From positions 12,958,001 through 13,022,000 of the forward strand of contig JBHGNT010000018.1 of the NCBI GenBank assembly GCA_043228905.1: DNA of 64,000 nt. The letters run 5' to 3'. Within the stretch, counting starts at the first letter, position 1. The number at the start of each line of letters is the position of its first letter. Below the pieces are notes generated by a model, which did no database searches, was not told the origin of the DNA, and worked only from the letters and a program-made list of their open reading frames with translations. The DNA is from Azolla caroliniana (lineage: Eukaryota > Plantae > Polypodiophyta). Positions 12,144 to 24,200 of this stretch are shown here, one piece after another. The position numbers were made by a program, and so were the translations under genes.

Positions 12144-13540
12144 CCATCTCCTTTAGCAACTGCTCCACTGTGGTTGCATCGATTCCATTCTTGGTCGTAG
12201 TCTCCTGAGCCCATGGTTGATGGTCTTCCAATCCGGATCTTGGTTTCGGAATTGGTTGTGAAACCCTCTTTTCTTCACTACCAAGCCATTGCCCCCTCTT
12301 TGTGTATCACGTAACGATGTCCTGCATGTTTTCCCATGTATTGGTGAGGCCACTCTCAGTAGTGGTGTCCTCTAGAACATTCCAAGATCTTTCCGGTCCC
12401 GGATATCCACGGCTCGTAAGAACATGATCACTTTGTCCGATGCGAGGATATTTTGATCTCTCGCAGACAACCTCCCAAACTGACTTTCGAATGCCGAAAA
12501 CAAATTGAGGACCTTCAACCCCTTGTCTAGCGTTTCCACCCAATCTTCGAATCCCCTCCGTGTTGCCTTGGGAGAGTCCTCGATGGCAAATGTGGTCGTA
12601 TCCCATGGATACTCCCTTGAAGCTCGTCCATAGCCACCCGATTGAAGAATGTCAACTACAATCCTTCCGATATTCCGCACTGTAGCATTTCCACCTTGTA
12701 ATCTGCAAATATCGTGACACATCCTTCCTGTTCAATTGCCCGTTACCTTGCACGAGCCACTCTACTACCGTCGCAATCTCCGACATCGCGCGTTGTTCTT
12801 GTAGCATGCGCTCGAACATCGTTATCATGTTGTTAACCTCTTGTTGATTTTCCATCTCCTTGCCACCCGGTTTCACATCAAGTTCACCACATGTGTCGGG
12901 CCTTTCGCTCCGGATCATTTCCGTGAGTCGGGTGGGAACCGCTGGGGTTTTTGACTAGCAAAAAGAAGAATATGAGATAAGGTTAGTTATGAATATATTG
13001 CAAGATGAAGATATGAAACTCGTGAATCCCACGAGTATAGTGTATTAATTGATACTTAGATTGTAAGAGAGAAATAGATGGCAAAATCATGAATCCCACG
13101 AATATTTTATATTATTCCACCCTTATAAAAAATCAACAACCCCTATACATCTTTCTCTCTTCCTTATATAGAGATGGAAGAGTCTAAGTTTATCACATGC
13201 AAGCATCATGCTTTTTCTAACTTTAGTTTTCATGCACACTACATGTGCATGATTATCTTTCTATCACATCTTTTCTTTTAACTCGAGTGTGTATGTATGA
13301 ATAACTTTTTCTATCATGCTTATCTAGAATATTTACATGGGATAAAGTTTAGTATAACTTTAAAACTCATAATATGCTAATACAGTGGTAAGACTTAAAA
13401 TTGTTAACATGGAGGTACAAGGTTCAAATCTTGCCCTATGCATGTAACATAATTATTGTAGTATTTCTCCTATTTCTTTATACTTGGTCAATTGGGTAGT
13501 CCACACATATTTTACGTAGTGTACAAAGTACACCACAACA
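12144..13540 (-). mobile_element. Phygy-like copy E: 5' LTR (12894-13540), PBS and N-terminal gag
   Basis: gag MENQQEVNNMITMFERMLQEQ nearly matches ORF 51207; decayed Trp PBS; LTR homologous to 50463-51167. Confidence 0.9.
13378..13442 (+). promoter_or_regulatory. tRNA-derived A-box/B-box cassette in LTR, antisense to the element
   Basis: TAATACAGTGG at 13378 and GGTTCAAATC at 13421; TGTTAA at the anticodon-loop position. Confidence 0.6.
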
Positions 13541-13618
13541 ACACTTATTGAGCCGAGTGAGTCACAAAGCTCCTTGATCTTCAAGGTGTAGCTTGTGATG
13601 GACATATCCCTTTGTTGG

Positions 13619-16600
13619 TGTCATAGACAGGATGCCACATGGAACGGTGGGGGTTGAACCCATAACCTTCTGGTCTTATTGGGCAACCTTACCAATTGAG
13701 CTGCATTCATCCATGCGTTATTGTATTGTGTAAGACTCAACTTATTTCATTATAAATTAATCACTAGAACTTTCAAGAACCTTCTAGATAATGCATCTTC
13801 ATGCACTCTTTAGAAATCTTCTAGCTTTCATGCATACCTCGACATTCTTGTATAAATACTAGGGTGCACCTTGATTACAATCAAGGTGAACAACACCAGT
13901 TACAAAAGCATATACAATTCTTGTTTATTTGTCTATCCTCTCTCTTGCTTGTCTCTTGTCTATGCTCTCTCTCCCACTATCTCTTAATATTGTGCCTCGT
14001 CTACTTGTCCTTGACAATCTTGTGACCTTGCTCATGCTCTCGCTCTCTCTTAGTACTTAGCATCATTCCACCCGTTCGTGACCATTTGTTCACCTTCCCA
14101 TTTTCTAAGGCTCAACATGTCGAATCTTACTGAGAGAATAAATCACCTCATGGAAGCCATGCATCAACTTCAACTTGAGAATGACAACCTTCGGGAATCA
14201 TTACGGAAGCCTCAAGTTGGAACACCGATGGAACTCGAAGAAAAAAACAACTCTCCTCCTACATCAACAAATATTCTACCTATAGAGCCTGGTTCCTCAT
14301 CTATGCTTTCTCCGACTCCTTCCCATCCCACTACAAGTTTGGAGCCCAATATTAGTTTACCTGACAAGTTCAATGGCACGAGGAAGCACTTCCGAGGGTT
14401 CATAAATCAAATCAGGCTTATTATCCAACTACAGCCTCAACGGTATGCGGATGATTTTCGTCAAGTTGGTCTCATAGGGACCCTTTCTATCTGGAGTTAC
14501 ACAAGCCTAGTTTGCACTGCTAGTCGAAACTTCATCACCACTTCTACAAAATTTTCCTACCTTTCTGGCAGAGTTTGAGGCAACATATGGGGATATGGAC
14601 CGACGCCAAATTTCCATCACCAAACTCTATTCATTGCATCAAGGTATGCATCCAGAATCTGTTTATGCCTCTGAATTTAGACAATTAGCATGTGATGTTC
14701 AGTGGGATGGCCAAGCTCTCCGCGACCATTTTCGTTGGGACCTTCGAAGCGAGATTAAAAATTTACTACTCAACTTTCCGGAGCCTACGTCATTGTCGCA
14801 AGCCATCACGCAAGCAATTAGTTGTGACAATCAGTTGTTTGAGCCTCGTCAAGAGGAATGAGCAACTTCAAGGTGGAAACCCTCTTCGAGATATTCTCCA
14901 TCATCATCGTACAATGACCTCGTGCCGATGGAAATTGATCGAGCTCGCGCCACGCCACTCACCGAGGGTGAACAGAGGTATTGTTGAACCAATGGACTAT
15001 GTTTATATTGTGGTGCATCCACCCATCTCATTCGTTTTTGCCCAATCAAGAATAATCAATGAAAAATATCTACAAACAATACGACAAGACGGCCCCAACA
15101 ATAGGAAAACGATGGTGTCCAACTACAGTAGGAGCCATGTGGTTGGACAATCCGCATTCGTGTCGCTCCCATAGTTCAGCTACATCGACAGAAGATTTCT
15201 CCTTTCCGGTAAGCATCAATTTCAAGTCGATTTCAATTAGATCCTTAGCACTTCTAGATTCCAGGGCAACAATGTGTTTTATGGACGAAAGGTTCGTTCG
15301 TAAACACAAATTCCTGGTTGTCTGATTGTCCAAGACAATCCCAGTGGAACCTATTGATGGCCACATGCTTTCTTCGGGATTAGTCACTGAAGCCACTGTC
15401 CCACTTATCTTACAGCTCGGGGACCACCAGGAGGCCTTAACGTTTTATGTCATCACTTCACCACGACATCCGGTCATCCTCAGTTTGTCTTGGCTAAAGG
15501 CACAGAATCCACTTGTTGATTGACACAATCACTCGATTACTTTCTCCCAAACCAGCTCAGAGGTGCAAGCAATATCTCATGTTGTTGCAGGAGCTCACCC
15601 TCCCATTAATGCAGGATTCAGCTCCAAGGCGGATGCCCACATCCCAATCACAACAAGGAAAATAGTGCATAGTGCCTCGTCGAACTATCCAATGAAGACA
15701 ACTACTGACTCACTACTATCCAAGTATGAAGACTTCAAGGACGTATTTCAGAAAAATAATGATGATCACTTGCTTGAGCATCGACACTACGACTGTCCGA
15801 TCGATCTGCAAGAAGTTGCTAGTCCTCCCTTTGGCCCAATTTATGGGTTTTCGGAACCAGAACTCTAGGCACTCCGAACGTATCTCAACGAGAACCTTGA
15901 AAAGGGTTTTATTCAACCCTCAAAATCACCAGCAAGAGCTCCTATTTTGTTTGTGAAAAAGAAAGATGGATCCTTACGCCTCTGCGTTGACTATCGGGGT
16001 CTAAACAAGATTACTGTTCGCAACCGCTACCCATTGCCTCTCATCCCAAAGTTGTTGGATTGACTCCGGACTGGGAAGATCTTCTCCAAGATGGACCTAC
16101 GGAGACCATACAAGTTGGTACGGATAAAACCTGGAGATGAATGGAAAACTGCCTTTAGAACGCGCTACGGACATTTCGAGTATAAGGTAATGCCTTTCGG
16201 CCTCACTAATGCTCCTGCCGTATTTCAACATATGATGAATGACACATTCCGAGAACATCTAGATCACTTTGTTGTGATCTATCTAGATGATATCTTGGTC
16301 TTCTCTTCAAACATCAAGGTACATACTCGACATGTCAGGTTAGTCCTTGCCAAACTTCGTGAGCAGGAACTCTATGCTAAAAGTGAAAAATGTGAATTTG
16401 ATCGTACTTCTGTACAATTTCTTGGGTATGTCATTTCGACACAGGGAATCACAATGGACACACGGAAAGTCAAGACTATCCAAGAGTGAGCCGTCCCAAC
16501 TCGGGTACGAGATGTGCAATCATTCCTTGGTTTTGCCAATTTTTATCGTCGCTCCATCAAAGGATTCTCAGTGATCGCACAACCTCTCATTGCTCTTACC

Positions 16601-19096
16601 CGCAAGGATGCTACTTTCGAATGGACAACAGCTGCCCAAAAGGCGTACGACTTGCTGAAACAAGGCTTTATTATGGCACCGTCCTTTTACATCCTGACCC
16701 AACTAAGCCTTTTCAAGTTGAAACGGATGCTTCTGATTTTGCCATTGGGGTGATCCTCTCCCAGCTAGATGAGGTCGGTGTGCTTCACCCGGTGGCTTAC
16801 TACTCCCACAAATTCACGGCCCTAGAAATCAACTACCCCATATACGACAAGGATCTTCTCGTCATTATTGCTGCTTTTGAAGAATGGAGACCCTATTTAG
16901 CCGGGGCGCAACACCGTATCCAAGTGATTACCGATCACAAAAATCTAATATACTTTTCTACCACACGAACCTTAAATCTTAGACAGGCACGATGGTCGAC
17001 CTTCTTGGTAGACTATGATTTTGAGATAATCTTTTGACTCGGTGTAGAACACACAAAAAGCGATGTCTTATCTTGTCGGTCTGAGTTCAAGCTCACTCCA
17101 GCGGATGAAGCCTATGTTCAGCAGCCCTAGAGTTTGTTAAAGCCTTACCAATTCTACAACTTCGCGACTTGCTTGCTCTAGGCAAATAGCTGAAGCCACT
17201 ACGACTGACAAGTTCACCACAAAGGTCAAGGAAAGTATCACAAACCCCTCCCATGAACCCAAAAGACTTGATTTAGCTCGTTTTACTATTCAAGATAATC
17301 TTTTGTTTCGAGATAATCTTTTGTATGTCCCAAAAGGTCCTTGTCGGACAAGGGTGCTTCACGAGTGTCACGATGATCCACTTGTTGGTCATTTTGGTGT
17401 TGGGAAAACATTGGAGTTGATATCTCGGGGATATTGGTGGCCACAACCATGGAAATTGGTCAAAGAGTTCGTTAAGTCATGTGACGTTTGTACTCGCTCT
17501 AAAGCATCTCATCATCAACCATATGGTCTCCTTCGCCCTCTCCCAATTCCCAAACAGCCTTGGGCCTCTCTTTCCAAGGATTTCATCACTGACCTCCCCT
17601 TCGTTGGTGGTTATGATTCGGTATTCTTCATGGTCGATCGCTTCACCAAGATGACTCATTTTGCTCCATGTGCCAAAACCATTACCAGAGAGGAGACAGT
17701 CGAATTGTATTTTAAAAATGTGGTTCGACTACATGGACTACCGAACGATATCACTTCTGATTGAGGACCACAATTTGTTTCCAATTTCTGGTGGCGCCTT
17801 CTGCAAACCTTCGGTTATACTGTGAATCTATCTTCTTGTTATCATCCGCAAACCAATGGAAAAACGGAGCGGGTTAACCAAATCTTGGAACAATACTTGC
17901 GGTGCTCTCTTAGTTACCAACAAAACAACTTGGGTTGACCTTCTCCCACTTGCCGAGTTCGCCTACAACAACTCTCTGCATGCATCTATGGGAGTTACTC
18001 CATCTTTCGCCAACTATGGTCTCCACCCCCGCTTCAACATTTCTCTTCCCTTTGACTCTGTCAATCCTTCTGTGGAGGACCAGGCACGTCTCTTGGAGGA
18101 TGTACATTGCGATCTTTCCTTGGAGCTCAACCTCGCAGACGAACACTACAAGGAGCAAGCTGACCATCATCGCTTAGATGCTCCCCAGTTTGAGGTAGGA
18201 GACATTGTTTGGCTTCTCCGTCGCAATATTGCCACCACTTGTCCTGGTCCGAAGCTTGATTACAAGAAGTTAAGCCCTTTCCGAATCACTGAGAAAATTG
18301 GTTCCATGGTTGTCCGCTTAGAGCTACCATCCCACTTTCGTATTCATAATGTATTCCATGTCTCCCTTCTATAACCTTGCCATATATCTGAAATCCCCGG
18401 TCAACACCCATCTCCTCCACCACCAATCCAACTCTCAACCGAAGAAGAATTTGAGGTCAACCAAATTCTCGACTCTTGTCTCTTCCAACGCCAACTTCAA
18501 TACCTTGTCCTCTAGAAAGGGTACCCAATCTCCGAAACAACATGGGAGGCAGCACATAATCTCAAGTATGCCCAGGACATAGTTCAAGCATTTCATGAAT
18601 TTTATCCACAAAAACCGGCTACGGGTCCAAGGAGCGGCCTTAGAGGGAGGATATATTAGTTCTGGTCTTATTGGGAAACCTTACCAATTGAGCTACATCC
18701 ATCTATGCATTATTGTATTGTATAAGGCTCAACTTATTTCATTATAGATTGATCACTAGAACTTTCAAAAACCTTCTAGAGAATGCATCTTCATGCACTC
18801 TCTAGAAGTTTCCATGCACTCTCTAGAAGTCTTCTAGCTTTCATGCATACCTCGACATTCTTGTACAAATATTGGGGCGCACCTTGATTACAATCAAGGT
18901 GAACAACACCAGTTACGAAAGCATATACAATTCTTGTTTATTTTTCTATCCTCTCTCTTGTTGGTCTCTTGTCTATGCTCTCTCTCCCGCTATCTCTTAA
19001 TATTGAGCCTCCTCTACTTGTCCTTGACAATCTTGTGATCTTGATTATGGTCTCGCTCCCTCTTAGTACTTAGCCTCATTCTACCCGTTCGTGATA
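13619..19096 (+). mobile_element. Full-length degenerate chromovirus, Tcn1-like (Tf1/sushi group)
   Basis: TSD GTTGG at 13614-13618 and 19097-19101; LTRs 13619-~14084 and ~18655-19096; PPT AGAGGGAGGA; gag PDKFNG; protease ALLDSRAT; [13 protein letters not shown] and YLDD; [10 protein letters not shown]; integrase; chromodomain EEFEVNQILDS...QYLVL*KGY...TWE at about 18445-18600. Confidence 0.93.
13637..13712 (-). promoter_or_regulatory. tRNA-like sequence at the start of the chromovirus 5' LTR, antisense
   Basis: Minus strand GGATGAATGCAGCTCAATTGGTAAG...CCAATAAG...AGGTTATGGGTTCAACCCCCACCGTTCCA; the 3' LTR keeps TAGCTCAATTGG but lacks the B-box half. Confidence 0.7.
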
Positions 19097-21290
19097 GTTG
19101 GATATTATTCAACTCTTGGCGAAGTTGAAGCTTTCTTGTGGTTGTGTTGGCCGCGGAAATCTTCTGTAGATTCTCCCACGCTTCCTTCGGCATCACGGCT
19201 TCTCGAATGTAGCTGAGCATGTGATCATGAACACATGTCACCAAGCAATACATCACTCGGCTTGCCGCTTGCTCCCATGTTGAGTAGTCGATGTCTTTCG
19301 GGTCAGGTCGATTTTCTTGTGCTCCTTTGATGTAGCTCCAATAGCCTTGGCCGACAAGGTATTGGTGCATCTTGTACTCTCAAGATGCAAAGTTGTTTCG
19401 ATCCAACTTCTCGCTAGGGAGATTGCTCCCAATTTGAGTATTCATTATGTCGATGAAGCTTTCTTTCTTCTTTTCTGTCTCTCTCAAACACAAGCTATGT
19501 AGTCGCACTACGATAGCGATGAAATAGTTCCTCTCGAACATCGGCGTAGAACACAACACACGCGGATGGGCTAGATCAAGCTACCAAACCGCTCTGATAC
19601 CATGTAAAGAATGGGATATGATTCTTGTGTCGCGGAAGAGGTGTGTTATGTGTGAGAGAAAAGAGATGAGAGAAGAGAAACACAAGGAGAAAAGATAAGC
19701 TAGAGAAATGAAATATTCAAGAAGAAGAAGATGTATATTCACAAGTGAAATATCAAATACAAAATGTAGCATTACAAGGAGTCACAACCGACTTAGTATG
19801 AAGTAGGAGAAGGGTGTTTTATATAAGGTCACCCTCTCTGTTCATTAACTCACTACAACAACTACTCACTCTTGGGGAATGTGAAGACACATAATCATGG
19901 GGAATATGGAACTCATTAGTTATGTGTCATAGAATATGATTCTATGACACATAGTTAATGTGTAGAGAGTAGTGGTGTGACTCTTGACCTTTGAGTGATC
20001 CTAGATTCTCAAAGGGTGTGTTCACACACTAGAGTAGGTTGAGCTTGATTCTCAACATTACCGAATACCCTCAAGTGTGCCAAGTTCGGCGTCTTCCCGA
20101 AATACATCTCATGTGGCGACACTCCTCCATTTCTAGTTGTCCGATTGTATAGGTAGACGACGGTGCAAACCGCCTCAATGCTTTAAAACTTCGGCTTATG
20201 CTTCTTCTCAAGCATTGCCCACACCGTTCTGCTTTGGTGTGTATCTACGAGAGAATTCTAGCCAAAATCCTTCCTTTTGTAGATAACTTGAGAACGGGTC
20301 GGAAAAGTACTCTTTTCCACCATCGGACCTCAAGCACTTGATTTTTTTGCTAGTTTTCCGTTCGGTAAGGCATGCGACGACTTGATTTTTTTCTTGATTC
20401 ACCTTCAAGAAGCATGCAAAGACTTCATCTTCTTTGCGGTCAAGCATACTGAAGTGTGTTGAGTGTAGTCATCAATGAAGGTTACAAACCAACGGCGTCC
20501 TCCGATGCTCACGTTCTATGCTGGTCCCCAAACATCCAAATAGATTAAATCGAGCCAGACCTAGCTCCGATTTCGCTCGTTGGGGAATGGAGTCAGTGCT
20601 TCTTCCCTACATGGCAGGCTTCACAGATTTGGTCGTTCCAAAGACAATGTTCTTTGTTCGCATCTTCCGAGGCCATAGGAAGTTGACATGGCTGAATCGT
20701 TTGTGCCATAGGTCGATGTCTGATTCAACCTTTTGCCTTTTCGCAAACATCATGGTTTCCACTTCGTGTGTTTCGAGGATGAACATCCTCCCTTCTCTGT
20801 GCCGTTGTGTGATGACTTTGCCCTCTTCTTTGAAGAAGCACCCGAGGTGTGTGAACCGGACCTTCATCCCTTGGTTGACAATCTGTCCGACCAACACCGT
20901 GTTCTTTGTGATTGTTGGGATGTGTAAGACGTTCATCAACTTCCCTTTCTGTCCCAACTGGTTTAAGGGAACTTCTCAGACATGTTCAATGGTATGTGGG
21001 GTGTCGTCACCAGTTTCAACAACCCCCGGTTGTTCCAGCTTCTCCAAGTAAGAGAATCCCTCCTTGTGTCTTGTCATATGGTTCGACGCTCCGGAATCAA
21101 CATACCATACCTCATTTGGTTTTAGGGTACTTGTCTTCATCACATTAGCCTTGTGCCTCATCACAAAGGTTGGGCCCGATCCATTTCCGGTGTTTCCGGT
21201 TCCGGATCCTTTTGATCCTTCGTCGTAGTGCGAGCTTTGTTGACTCCCGTGTCTAGCCTTTCCGGATTCGGATTTGTCCGTATCAGCGCT

Positions 21291-24200
21291 TGTGACAGTT
21301 AGCGTGCAGAAGCATATGCCAAACCGCCTCTGTTGGATAATAACAGTAAAGAGAAGAAGGTTTAATGGAAGCTTAACACAGAGAATAAGCATACACAAGA
21401 GAGACAGAGTGAGAGAGAATCTGCTCAGAAGGAACTTTTATACAAGTCCATAAAGGACTAACAGGTACTTCAATGCTCATACGATTGACTATCACTGACT
21501 CCCAAAAATATGCGTACATACTAGGCTAGATCTGTAGGTCTCTAACGGCCTATCGGTTTCACTCCGATCTGGCTCTCCGATCCGGATCCTGGTTCCAAAT
21601 ATCATCCGGACACCGATCCGGTTCTCCGTTCCGGATACAGATCCGGCTCAAGCTTATTCAGTCAATTCGGATCCGGTTGAGCTTGCTCGCTCAACACTCC
21701 CCCTCAAGCTCAACTTGAGATTGGATCGTGGTGTTAGTGTCTGCAATAGCCGGTCCTTTCCTCTAGCTCCTTCTAACGTCCTCCCACCTTGTTCGTGCTC
21801 CTCGTCCGGTCCGGTTCTACTTCCCATGACCCGTCCGGTTTTGTGCGCCTCGTCCTCCTTGGTCGGCTTGTCTGCTCAGCAGGTCCATCTCAGCTCCTTC
21901 TCTGGTATGACTCCGACGCTTGTCAACCCATCAGTTGTTCCGTGTCGGTGTCGACTTCCGCTGCCTTCTTGTTCGCTTGGCCTTTAGTTGATCCGGCTCT
22001 TCTGAATCCAACTGTTGAACCGAATCAGCTTCCTCGAATTCGTTCTAGCTCTTGTCCAAGTTGGTAGTCTCCAACTCGTCTTCTGTTTTTAGGCCATTCA
22101 CCACATCGGACCACATTTGGGTCTTGGCCTTCTTCTGGTTGGCTCTGTCCTTCTTGACTTTGCCACTTCTGCCGCTTCCTCCGACTTGTTCGGATGTGCC
22201 GACTCCTTTGGTCAGCTCGGCTTTCTTTATTTGCTTATCTCCCCCCTTGGTTCTTTCTTCCTCTCCGGCTCCTTGTCCGGTGCCATCCGTTCTCGTTCCT
22301 GTTCTCCCCCTCAAGTGCGGCACATCGAGATGCAGAATGCCGAGCATCTCCGACAAATGCTCCAACTTGTCTGATCCAAGTGGCTTGGTGAAGATGTCGG
22401 CAATCTGCCGATCCATGTGAACATACCAAAGTTCAACTTCACCGCTCAAAACCCGCTCACGCACAAAGTGATAGTGCACTTCTATGTGCTTTGTCCGAGC
22501 ATGGGACATTGGGCCCTTGGCAAGCTATATGTTGCTCATGTTGTCGCAATAGATCAGGATCGGGGTCAGCACCTCGATCTGGAGGTCATGCAGCAGTTGT
22601 CGAAGCCAAATGGTTTCACAGGTGGCAATGGTAGTGCCCCGGTATTCAGCCTCAATGCTCAACAGGGCCACTGTTGGCTGCCTTTTTCTGCTCCACGCAA
22701 CATCCACGCTACCAAGAGAAAACATGTAACCGGAGTTTGATCGGCAATCTGATGCATCACCAGCCCAGTCGGCATTGGTATATCCGACTAGCTTCCCAGC
22801 TAAACCGTGTCGGTATAACAGTCCCCTATCCTTCGTGCCGCTAACATACCGGAGTATCCGGTGTGCGCATTGAAGGTGCTCGACGGTCGGCTTCTACATG
22901 AACTGGTTGATCACCCCGACTGGGTAATTGATGTCGGGTCGAGTGATTGTCAAGTATATGAGGCTTCCGACAATTTGTTGGAACCGTTTCTCATCGCAGG
23001 CCGGGACGGAGTCGGGATGTAGCTCGAGGTTCCGGTCCACGGGTGTGGAGATCGGCCGGCATTCCGTCATGCCGAACTTGTACAACATATTCAGCACATA
23101 GTGTCTTTGTGAGAGCAATATGCCATCGGGGGTCCGGATCACCTCGATCCCAAGAAAATAATGAAGGTCCCCTAGGTCCTTCATTTCAAATGCGTTTGAC
23201 AACTGGGAATTCACTCTATCGATTTCATCCCATCCGGGTCTGGTGATGACTAAATCATCAACATATAGTAGGATACAAACCGAACCGTCTGAACCATTCC
23301 GGATGAACAATGATGAGTCGAACTTTGAGGTCGCAAACCCCATCTTATGAAATTTGTGTGTGATCATCGCATTGCAAGCTCGGAGGCTTGCTTCAGACCG
23401 TAAAGTGACTTCTTGAGTCGGCATACAGTCGACTTGTTTATCTCTGATTGGAATCCAGGGGGTTGGATCATATGGACCCGTTCTTCAAGGTCACCTTGAA
23501 GAAATGCATTCTTCATGTCCATTTGGTGAAGATGCCATCCCCTTGCCGCAGCAACAACTACCACACAAACCATTGTCATCTTCGCTACCGGAGCGAAGGT
23601 CTCGTCGTAGTCAATTCCGTGGGTCTATGCATATCCCTTTGCCACCAACCAGGCCTTGTACCGGTTGACCGAACCATCGTCATTGTACTTCACCTTATAT
23701 AACCATCTACAACCGATTGGTTTACATTGTTAGGAAGGGTCAACCAGGTCCCATGTGTCGTTGGCATCAAGTGCCCGCATTTCATCCTCCATAGCAGCAC
23801 GCCAATTTGCGTCTTTTGTTGCTTCTGCATAGCTCTCTGGCTTGCACACTTCTGCCACCTTAGTCATGTACGCATAGTGATGCACCATGTACTCATTGTA
23901 CTCATACCTCATGATGGTTTTCTTTTGACGGGTTGACTGGCGTAACTTTTCGTTACCCGGTTTGAGGCCCTTCTTGGCCGATTCAGACCTCCTTTCTTAA
24001 GATTTGCCTTCTTCTTTTCTAGGGTCAGATTCGTTCTGATCTGACCCTTCATTTCCGGTATCGTATTCTAGCATCTTCTTCTTCCCCTTCTCTTTGCGCG
24101 TGAATCGTCTCCTCAGTTCCTTGCGCGAGGAGAGCACGGCGGAATCTCCACTACTTGTTGGTTCTCCATCTGACTGGTCATCCCGACTCAGCCACTCATT

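Larger units (their letters stand above)
13541..20057 (-). mobile_element. Ty1/copia element C: 5' LTR 19603-20057, PBS and partial gag, split by the chromovirus
   Basis: PBS (reverse complement GCTCTGATACCA) 19591-19602; gag LRQELNNIQ at about 19100 resumes as QRDMSITSYTLKIKELCDSLGS at 13618. Confidence 0.85.

Noticed and set aside
13637-13712. Functional tRNA-Ile gene
   Set aside because: Anticodon arm is shortened and unpaired and it lies within an LTR; reported as a tRNA-derived cassette instead.
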